From NCBI GenBank assembly GCA_037379345.1, contig CM074521.1, positions 24,204,704 through 24,268,703 on the forward strand: a stretch of 64,000 nt of DNA, in the 5' to 3' direction. Under the pieces are notes generated by a model. It saw nothing but the letters and a program-made list of their open reading frames with translations. It had not been told where the DNA came from and made no database searches. Positions 57,601 to 64,000 of the stretch are shown in pieces (the stretch's first letter is position 1; each line of letters opens with the position of its first letter). Origin of the DNA: Perna viridis. Lineage: Eukaryota. Position numbers and translations under genes: made by a program.

Positions 57601-60600
57601 CACACCCTGATGGGGTTGTAAGGATCCCCACTTCATCGTAACGTCGACGATTTATGCGTCGGACAACACAAACAGATTGATAGACATTGTTCGGATTGTA
57701 ATAGAAATTACGTAAACATGATTATTTCTTTGGAAAATTTCTATTAATCGCCATTTTTCATTAATTGTTCCTAAAACGAGACTGGTAATCAGTCATATTC
57801 CTACAATAATTTGACTAGAATAAGTATAATTTGCATTTAAAATTTAAAACTAGGCTCTCTCCACTCTTTCGAAACAAACTTGTTGGCTAGATCATGCGAT
57901 CACAGTATTTATACATTTAGAGTTACACTGCTTCAAAAAGATATATGCCCATGCTGTTCCGGGCGTCAAAAGAATAGGCCCGCAGCAGCGCTAAACTTGT
58001 CGTAAAAGGCGACTAAATAGTGCTCAGAACCCTGACCAAGTGTAGGGCGCTCTGCCCACAGAGCAACTGGGTTGTGTGCCCAAGGTGGTGCAATGGGGTA
58101 CCTCTGTCATGCTACATGCTGGGGTTGGCAGACCATAATACGGAAAACCTGACCGTAAACAATAGTGGTGCAACGTGTTGGGAAATATGCCACGTTCCTC
58201 GCACGTTAAAGAACCCTTCTGTGGTATTCTATCGGAGTAAGAACTCCTGGTCTCCGCCATAGGAGGCTAAATTGCCCTACCTTACCCACCTCTCCCTATT
58301 TCCAGTGGCAATCAAAATTGGTCGACCCAATTATCCTTGAGTTCCATCAAATTTTTCATTTCATCATCATTTCAAGTTTATTTTAAATGTATCAATGTAT
58401 CATCCATTTCATGTCAATCATCTGAACACGTCTGAAATATTGCTGCTGGCGTTAAACCCCAACAATCAATCAATCAAAAAGAGATGTACTTGATTGCTTT
58501 GTACAGGTTTTGGATGACATTCAAAAGGTTTATTTATGATTCCAAAGGTTCCATATTCTGGTAGACGGTAGCGACTTCTGACTTTAATTGGTTTAATAAT
58601 GTTATAATCACCAGATAAGTCCGAATTTCTCAGTTTGACCCTTCAATCTTCCTGTTCTTATGAACACTGATACGATTGCCAAACCCGACATACCAGTAGA
58701 AAAAGATTGCAGGGACAGAGGAAATTCTGATTTATCATAAAATCGAATTATGAATGAACTTACTGAATATTTTTAACAATAGTGTGTTATCGTAATTTTT
58801 CATCTCTTATTGAAATTGCTGACAAAGACATTATAGACGGGGTGCCGTCTTTCCGCCTTCTGTTTAACACCGTATTTAGCGGACTTTTTTTCATGCCATG
58901 CATGCACGGCGACCTGTCCTCTAACCACTTATGTATTTATACATGCAGCTTGAAAAACTTTGCACTCAGATAATTTCCATATCATCTATATTATACACAA
59001 AAAAGGCAAAACATGAGACAGGACCAAGTACTGCAAAAATTGTTTGATTCAATCAGTCCTGAAAATGTGTTTCCATGCTAAAATTATCACAAGGTCTTTT
59101 TGGCTTACTTTTGTTCTTAGAATATTATTACGCTATTTCTAAGTAATTTAAGCAAGTGTAAATAAAGCTTACGGTACAGGATTTGCCCATTCATCAAATC
59201 TACCACGGCTGTGCTAATATTACTTATTACAGATTATCTCAATCAATCTCCCTAAACAATTATCTGCTACAATACAAATCCGATGAGATACGATCCGCTT
59301 AAATAGTCATATAAATAGGTCTGAGAGATTCTATGATTATGTCTCAAATTGGGACACATTTTTGTTTCGTACGACCCTTATGCGGTAAAATGAAATAATA
59401 GTAAAATAAAATTGGCATTTCTGAACAGAAGGTTTCTTGACAAAAACGCTACAAGTTCAAACAAACCACGTCTCAAGCTAGTTTCTTTTGCTTGCTCCCT
59501 TAGTTGGGATTGCTATTTTTACTTAAATGATTAATACAATTTCTAACACCGTCATATTATTGTACATGTAACAATGATGTACAATGTATCTGAAATTAAA
59601 AGACGAAAATATATAGTAATGGATTCATCAGAGATACAATGAGACGAATCAGGAAAACTTTCATTGCTTTCGCTGATTCTAAATTTTCCACATCTCATTA
59701 TTTCAAGTATACAAGTGCATGCTATACATTTGTACATAAAAAGGGAACATAATCCAAACAAATTTCTAATGTTCCCAGTTTTCTAAGGAGTCCGAGTTTA
59801 TTTTTGTTGCTGTGTACGTATTATTTTGGTTATTTTATGTTCTTTGTTGTAAGTGTCTGTTTCCAATGTTTGGTCTCTGTCCCTGGTTTACATTCTTCTG
59901 ATTTCCGCTAAAATCTTGGTTCTCTTGATTACTCTATTATATACAATGTATCAGGAACACGTATTTAACAGGAAATACCAAAATCTTAGGCAAAGTAAGA
60001 AAAACAAAGGAGAACAACTAGAACTACCTCTACAAGGAATTTTAACATTTTAAAATGTAGCGGGTACCGTAACAATTCTTTTGCGAAGATTATTGAGACA
60101 AAAATTTAAGACAATGCGCACAACCTCAATATAACGATCTAATACTGGGAAAAGTTTCATAAAACCCAGTGAGTAGGAATTAGATTTAGCTCAAATGTGA
60201 ATTTCCAACCCATCGTTAAGTCTACGAAGCATGCAACCTTTACCAATCCACTTTCGTGTCCTGTTTCAAAGGTCATCTTGGTTCATTTCAAATTAATACA
60301 GCAAGATTGAAACAAACTCTGTTAGATCTGCAAGTGATAATGTCGCTATAAAAAGCAATTCAAATTAAAGTCTTTTCAAGTATTTAGAGCTTGATATAAT
60401 ATGTTTGTCAACAACAGGTGCTTTCAGTTTTATCAGTTGTTCAATACGATTATATTAAACACTTGCATGCTGAGCAAAGTCTTTGAAAAACCAATCACTG
60501 CAAATAATTTAAGCATGCAAACTCTAGATTATTTGAAATGTCACTGACATCGCAGTAGGATGTTAAGTTTGAAAAGTCTATGCATTTTCAATCAATTTGT

Positions 60601-63120
60601 CTAAAAGACATGGCTCCAGTTGTTGTCATTAGAGAACATTTAGTCGAAATTTGAGAACAATTTCAGAAATTTGCATGCATTATAAATAGCAAGTTTCTTA
60701 CATTTTCAAAAGTAATCTGATCAAAGTTGGCATTCGAAAGTTGTTCATACACTGCATCTCATGAATATGCATAAATCTGCCATTGTCGTCAGTACATGTA
60801 ATACAAAATAACAAATACACGTCTGATTTCTATCATTCCTTATAATTATGACTGATTACCCTAAGGTACGTCTGTACGTCTGTCAAACTTTTCCGCGCCT
60901 AACAGTCCTGTATGGTAGTACTATACCCAACGGAAGTGTATTTTTTACAATACTGACTAAATGTACAACAATTAGGCAAAGTTTCTGCTAATGCAGCCAC
61001 CATCTGATTTTCGGGAGGGGGGCTTGAAGGGGGGTATGGATTTTTTTATTGATGCAGAAACTATAAAGTTGATTGGAAACGATAATGAGACGAAAACATC
61101 AAGAAACATAAACTGGGAATTAATTCTGAAAGTGAGATTGAAGATACTGAACATTGAGTTTTTTAACTAAATTGTATAAAAGTTTGCCAATAGGGTACAA
61201 AACTCGTGTGTTCTCCGCATCACATACATATGTAAGACTCGGAAGTGCGATGGGGGCGTCGAAAAGCGATGATCGCTGATCTGCAATGGTCAACGCTGAA
61301 AACCGTTGGGAGTGTAACGCTGATACGCGGAAGTGCGTTGGTTTATATTGAGCGAAGACTCAGAAGTGCGTTGGTATCCCATTCAACGTCGTCACGACAT
61401 TTTACGTGCATAATCTATAATGTAAATAAATGTTGCACTTTATCTTGTACAAAACTAGGACATCAGCTTAAAGACACCCATTTTACTTTACTCTACAGCT
61501 ACAGCTTGTTTCAAATGAATGAAATCACAAAAAAAACATTTATTTGAGGCTTCTGATACATTACGATTGTACATGTGATTGACAATTTGACATTATTTTC
61601 ACGCAAAATAGTAAAATGTTTCCAGGTAGTACAAGTTTGTTACAAATTTATCTTACTGCAAATATATTGTTTCCTGTATAAAAACGTAGCATACATCATT
61701 ACTACTTTTGAGTGGTAACAATATACATGCATTTGATGCAGTACCAAAACTTTAAAGTTACGAAACAGTACTGGAGGTAATCCAAGACATAAACTGTAGC
61801 TACGGGTAACAAAAGATAGAGGATACCGAAAGTCGTAATGCATTCATCATGAAACATGTTTGATATGTCTTTTTTTCAGGCTTAGATACATTGTATCACA
61901 TAACTAAACTTCTAAGATGTTTGTATAAAAAGCTATGATATATTGACAATATCTATAATTTATAAGTTTGCTCGAATCATGCAATACAAAATGCGACTGA
62001 CTAATTATTTTGTTCTCCAGTGCATGTATTTTACTTTTGTTAAAACTGTATCAAATATGATTAAAAGAGTTGCTGGAACCACTTCGTCATCGTTTTATTA
62101 CTAATAGCAAAAAATGTTGCTTTTTTATATATTTTAACCTTTTGAAAAAAGTAAGACATGCTTTCACAACGAATCATCGAGCCTATTCTATGCGAAATAG
62201 AAACAGCAATATACGAGTTCAATGGGTATATCAGAATGTCGAAGACAAAAATAAAATTCCGGTGGGAGGGGGGCAAACCTTTCTCACGTTTTTCCTTATA
62301 TTACGTATAGTCGGTAAACCAATCAAAAATAGACCAGCAGCATCAATCATTCTTTGATAACCTTAGCAGCGGTGTACTGGGTAACACACAGAGAGAAAAA
62401 GCGCCTTCTTTTCTACATTTCATTAGTATTTACATGGACTATAGATTATATGTGTTTTATGTAGTACGTGTAGTTAAAACGCTAATACAGAAGAGCTATT
62501 GACAGCCGTTCTATAGCTAAGCTGGTAAATACATATTTACATGAAAAAGAATACTCGTCCTTCTAAAAGTGCCTGCCAGTTTTGCTCAAGTTGCTGCCAA
62601 GTATAGGAAAAATGAAAGTAAAATATTTTATTTTTTTTGTTTTTTTTAATAATTTCTGAATCCATCTAGATAATTATCATATCTGTAGAATTTCAAGATA
62701 ATCGTATATTTACAGTACCAACGGAAAAATCTACACGAGAGTCAAAATAATTCAGCGAAGTACGAAAAAGAACGCACCTCTCAATAGTGATAAATGCATT
62801 TTCGCGGCGCGGCTATTGACATCCAACAATGATTTCTAACCATCGCATTTCAGCGTGATCATAAACCCGCTTCGTGTTCTACCATCGTCCTTCCACGACA
62901 CCATCGTACCCCCGCGTCCCGTGTTTCATATATATACCCATTCAGCTGCTAAAATATAAAATTATCTTACTAGTTTTTCGTTCTCGTCTTCTATTTCCTG
63001 TCTAGCAGCAATACAGTTCCGGGTGTCTATGAAAGTTTTTCGTTGAGATCGTTGAGTCACATTATGGATGAAGACTCCAGTCACATTTACACACAAAAAT
63101 AGAATCGCATTCGCACCAAG
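9511..63120 (-). CDS. ADCY1: Membrane adenylyl cyclase, type-1/rutabaga-like (Ca2+/calmodulin-stimulated clade); 5'-partial, 20 exons in window
   Basis: Exons 63120-62971, 42270-42149, 39597-39486, 34840-34713, 31758-31600, 30995-30854, 28152-27967, 26327-26275, 23629-23488, 23153-23056, 22465-22381, 20076-19981, 17784-17525, 17208-17088, 16383-16264, 15107-14958, 14725-14627, 14159-14039, 13352-13228 and 12504-9511 join into one open frame with GT-AG borders. C1a metal-binding Asp motifs ([18 protein letters not shown]) and C2a residues ([26 protein letters not shown]) are intact. The C1b helix followed by AEIPFSNV resembles AC1. The symbol is an orthology inference. Confidence 0.93.
13228..13352 (-). 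CDS. ADCY1: AC exon 19 (C2a): [42 protein letters not shown]
   Basis: tacag/gtatat borders, 125 nt, phase 1-0; catalytic Asp/Asn/Arg. Confidence 0.97.
14039..14159 (-). CDS. ADCY1: AC exon 18 (C2a): [40 protein letters not shown]
   Basis: tttag/gtatgt borders, 121 nt, phase 0-1. Confidence 0.95.
14627..14725 (-). CDS. ADCY1: AC exon 17 (C2a): [33 protein letters not shown]
   Basis: tacag/gttggg borders, 99 nt, phase 0-0; ATP-specifying Lys. Confidence 0.95.
14958..15107 (-). CDS. ADCY1: AC exon 16 (C2a): [50 protein letters not shown]
   Basis: aacag/gtagat borders, 150 nt, phase 0-0. Confidence 0.96.
15378..15900 (-). mobile_element. Penelope-like retroelement remnant (post-RT helical region plus 3' non-coding repeat)
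   Basis: Translates to [42 protein letters not shown]...[30 protein letters not shown], a segment typical of mollusc PLE-type RTs; followed by a non-coding block that recurs across the window. Confidence 0.75.
16264..16383 (-). CDS. ADCY1: AC exon 15: [40 protein letters not shown]
   Basis: gtcag/gtaagc borders, 120 nt, phase 0-0. Confidence 0.96.
16802..16930. repeat. Fold-back repeat (probable MITE remnant)
   Basis: TCTCGacGGGATTACAAGATT ... AATCTTGTAATCCCCGAGA with a central AACCCA...TGGGTT hairpin. Confidence 0.65.
17088..17208 (-). CDS. ADCY1: AC exon 14 (TM12): [40 protein letters not shown]
   Basis: ttcag/gtatgt borders, 121 nt, phase 2-0; RLDFLW motif. Confidence 0.96.
17525..17784 (-). 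CDS. ADCY1: AC exon 13 (extracellular loop with NGS sequon, TM10-11): [19 protein letters not shown]...[48 protein letters not shown]...
   Basis: tctag/gtaagg borders, 260 nt, phase 0-2; CxFPxY and FLKL motifs. Confidence 0.93.
18406..19865. mobile_element. 5'-truncated, 5'-inverted CR1/L2-type LINE fragment (degenerate RT plus 3' end) with TSD
   Basis: Minus strand 19321-18406 encodes [11 protein letters not shown]...[11 protein letters not shown]...KHLGIIFS...ALRIVTG...[11 protein letters not shown], with stops and frameshifts. Plus strand 19322-19616 encodes the ORF2 C-terminus (LHAR...[10 protein letters not shown]...LLHG...SKRF), then a 3' UTR ending aataaaatatgtttaaactaaa. ATAATTGCC is repeated at 18397-18405 and 19866-19874. 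Confidence 0.9.
19981..20076 (-). CDS. ADCY1: AC exon 12 (TM9): [32 protein letters not shown]
   Basis: ttcag/gtaagt borders, 96 nt, phase 0-0. Confidence 0.92.
21594..21765 (+). repeat. 3' non-coding block of the Penelope-like family; other copies at ~20270-20470(-), ~21100-21330(-), ~25735-26130(+), ~29908-29945(-), ~59768-59935(+)
   Basis: Shared motif catgYtcccagtttttagtggNgtccgagtt...tttgtccctggattacattct...cttggttcccttgatta; boundaries approximate. Confidence 0.75.
22381..22465 (-). CDS. ADCY1: AC exon 11 (TM8): [28 protein letters not shown]
   Basis: tacag/gtttgt borders, 85 nt, phase 2-0. Confidence 0.92.
23056..23153 (-). CDS. ADCY1: AC exon 10 (TM7): [33 protein letters not shown]
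   Basis: tacag/gtttgt borders, 98 nt, phase 0-2. Confidence 0.92.
23488..23629 (-). CDS. ADCY1: AC exon 9 (C1b): [47 protein letters not shown]
   Basis: tttag/gtaaga borders, 142 nt, phase 2-0. Confidence 0.93.
26275..26327 (-). CDS. ADCY1: AC exon 8 (53-nt small exon): [18 protein letters not shown]
   Basis: tgcag/gtatat borders, phase 0-2; needed to reconcile the phases of exons 7 and 9. Confidence 0.82.
27967..28152 (-). CDS. ADCY1: AC exon 7 (C1b, calmodulin-binding-like helix): [62 protein letters not shown]
   Basis: ttcag acceptor, gtaaat donor (donor position less certain), 186 nt, phase 0-0. Confidence 0.88.
30275..30408. other. Assembly gap (134 N)
   Basis: Run of N in the intron between AC exons 6 and 7; flanking exon phases match (0-0), so no exon is required here. 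Confidence 0.99.
30854..30995 (-). CDS. ADCY1: AC exon 6 (end of C1a): [47 protein letters not shown]
   Basis: ttcag/gtaagt borders, 142 nt, phase 2-0. Confidence 0.96.
31600..31758 (-). CDS. ADCY1: AC exon 5 (C1a): [53 protein letters not shown]
   Basis: tccag/gtaagc borders, 159 nt, phase 2-2. Confidence 0.97.
32050..32480 (+). mobile_element. HINE-like element (different subfamily); similar architecture at ~28778-29128
   Basis: Starts aaacaag; ends with a degenerate 4-nt microsatellite, a short imperfect hairpin and an A-run; boundaries approximate. Confidence 0.45.
32556..32682. mobile_element. 127-bp MITE, PIF/Harbinger-like
   Basis: ~32-bp imperfect TIRs (core TCACAAAAAGTCGTAAG / CTTACGACTTTTTGTGA), flanked by CAG on both sides (32553-32555, 32683-32685). 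Confidence 0.75.
34713..34840 (-). CDS. ADCY1: AC exon 4 (C1a): [42 protein letters not shown]
   Basis: tgcag/gtaagt borders, 128 nt, phase 0-2; second catalytic Asp (GDCY). Confidence 0.97.
35971..36177. mobile_element. ~207-bp MITE with TA flanks (Tc1/mariner/pogo-like)
   Basis: TIRs ctGTAAACGTATTAATTTTcGCGgTT / AAtCGCaAAAATTAATACGTTTACgt; internal TTTTCGCG repeats; TA on each side. Confidence 0.75.
38173..38466 (+). repeat. ~295-bp dispersed repeat; second copy at 48922-49218, same orientation
   Basis: Collinear from AAACAGAAATTAACATGTGG to TTTGCATGATTCTTACAA(C/A)GAC with scattered substitutions. Confidence 0.85.
39486..39597 (-). CDS. ADCY1: AC exon 3 (C1a): [37 protein letters not shown]
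   Basis: ttcag/gtaagg borders, 112 nt, phase 2-0; first catalytic Asp. Confidence 0.97.
41637..41968 (+). repeat. Minisatellite, 8 degenerate units of 39-48 bp
   Basis: Units start GGTCGACGGACGCCAGAGATAGA or variants at about 41637, 41679, 41721, 41760, 41808, 41848, 41887 and 41929. Confidence 0.9.
42149..42270 (-). CDS. ADCY1: AC exon 2: [41 protein letters not shown]
   Basis: tgcag/gtaatt borders, 122 nt, phase 0-2; LLLSVLPxHVA and FHKIYI motifs. Confidence 0.96.
44243..44998 (+). mobile_element. HINE/DINE-like (Helentron-associated) non-autonomous element
   Basis: Subterminal ATACGACCG near the 5' end; (GAC)n microsatellite, then terminal hairpin TTATACGATCGCAA...TTGCGGTCGTGTAA (44961-44994). 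Confidence 0.62.
48561..48640 (+). repeat. (GTTTT)n microsatellite
   Basis: Direct read; other microsatellites are (TG)n at ~15353-15378, (TA)n at ~6295-6313 and (ATTT)n at ~53645-53680. Confidence 0.95.
49527..50367 (+). mobile_element. Related HINE/DINE-like element with internal ~150-170-bp degenerate tandem units
   Basis: 5' end resembles 44243; repeated 'acaacccccaaaatcaa' units; (GAC/GAT)n then hairpin ATACGACCGCAA...TTGCCGTCGTAT followed by GAAAA. Confidence 0.6.
51010..51525 (+). mobile_element. SINE-like non-autonomous retroposon, copy 1 (non-tRNA structured head, Deu/Nin-like body, (CAAA)n tail)
   Basis: Perfect 13-bp TSD ATCAGACGTTTGA at 50997-51009 and 51526-51538; GC-rich against the background; collinear with 57947-58473 over its whole length. 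Confidence 0.88.
54670..55745 (+). repeat. Degenerate tandem array, ~60-70-bp unit, roughly 15-17 units
   Basis: Approximate consensus TACAGACCCGTTTGCCCATCATGGCCTTACCCAAGATATGTCTACAATAGTTGATCTCTGCCACACC. Confidence 0.85.
57947..58473 (+). mobile_element. SINE-like non-autonomous retroposon, copy 2 ((CAAT)n tail)
   Basis: 14-bp TSD with 2 mismatches (TCAAAAAGAtATaT 57933-57946, TCAAAAAGAgATgT 58474-58487); contains GCACGTTAAAGAACCC, which I recall as the Deu/Nin SINE-domain core. Confidence 0.85.
62971..63120 (-). CDS. ADCY1: AC exon 1 in window (TM6 + helical domain): [50 protein letters not shown]
   Basis: ttcag acceptor, gtaaga donor, 150 nt, phase 0-0; typical AC QRxxFxxTRxCIxAR segment; absent from the ORF track. 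Confidence 0.95.
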
Positions 63121-64000
63121 CTGAAACAGAAAGATCATTAATATATGTAACAGTTAAAATTTGTAAAATTAAACATTAAAATATACCCATCCCCGTCAAT
63201 TTGAAGAAAAGACATTCGATTGCCATATTCTTGTCGGTTACAGAGACAAATATTCCTAGGAATCGAGCTTCACATCAACTGCACATGAAATTGACGTGAA
63301 TTTCATATGAGAAGTTCAGATAACATTCACCTGATGGTTCGATTCACACGAGTTCCATATAAACTCTGTCACAAATTTTATTTACTCAATTCAAGTGAAA
63401 ATCGTGCAAAATCTGTGCAAAAAAACGTTTGATTTGCTAGTGAATCAGAAAAACAAAATTATAGCATGTTACATTTTTTTCATTAAAACACTTGTTTGGA
63501 GTAAAATGCTAGGAGTAATCATGCATTCAGTGTGAAGAAAAAAAATCCCCTATATACCCAAAACCTGTTTATTATTGTAGAACCAGGAAGAGAAAACAAA
63601 TGATTTATATATGTTGGCCTTATAGCTGAAAAATGTGTTAGTTATTTTTTTATAAGCAAGACTTGTTTTCTATGGCCATGCAGTCATATGGGTTATCTGC
63701 AATGAAGTGGTGTATGACAAATCATTACGTGCCACGTCCATACAGAACAAGCAAGTGACATGAGTGAGATAAAGACGTTTGAAGGACTGGTTTGCTAAGT
63801 TATCACTGGTTTTTGGTCCATTAGGATACTCTTATCGGATGATTTTTTGTTTTGTTAAAAAAAAAGCACAATTCGTCCAAATTTTCATAAGCCCTTTACT
63901 GAGACTCCTCTTTTCTTTTCACTTGCCTTCGACAATGTGCAATTTCACAAAACAGATCAGCATTTTGGCATACACCATGGAAGATACAGACAAAACGACT

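Noticed and set aside
58192-58215. HDV-like ribozyme suggested by CGT-TCCTCGC-ACG (P3/L3-like)
   Set aside because: No P1 3' strand followed by GG, no P4 or catalytic-C junction in the required order, and copy 1 breaks P3.
58020-58262. Paired 78-80-aa ORFs in retroposon copy 2
   Set aside because: They are not retained as ORFs in copy 1 and have no protein motifs; a by-product of higher GC.
42271-62970. Nested protein-coding gene in the 20.7-kb intron (e.g. ORFs 44730-45098, 45977-46393, 52685-53005)
   Set aside because: Composition matches random AT-rich sequence or repeats, and I found no consistent exon chain; small nested exons cannot be fully excluded.

Overview
AT-rich, intron-rich animal genomic DNA. 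The repeat landscape looks like a bivalve mollusc, possibly a mytilid; this is inferred from repeat families only. Most of the window (9511-63120, minus strand) is the 3' part of one membrane adenylyl cyclase gene. I assembled 20 exons by hand, all with GT-AG borders and matching phases (5463 nt, 1820 aa plus stop). They cover TM6, C1a, C1b, TM7-12, C2a and a ~970-aa tail; the 5' exons lie beyond position 64000. The C1b segment [30 protein letters not shown] points to the Ca2+/calmodulin-stimulated type-1 (ADCY1/rutabaga-like) clade. Downstream (1771-3437, minus) is a small 3-exon gene that the ORF track mostly misses, with signal-peptide-like, Thr-rich, furin-site and GPI-signal-like segments. 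It carries a broken acceptor and an in-frame TAG. The introns hold many mobile elements: a 5'-inverted (twin-primed) CR1/L2-type LINE with TSD, Penelope-like remnants, HINE-like elements, MITEs and two minisatellites. The most intriguing feature is a pair of ~520-bp TSD-flanked retroposons with no tRNA head. They share the same 5' start and carry several structured-RNA modules, including a pseudoknot with pistol-ribozyme-like topology. There is one assembly gap (30275-30408). All alignments and folds were done by eye; no searches were run.
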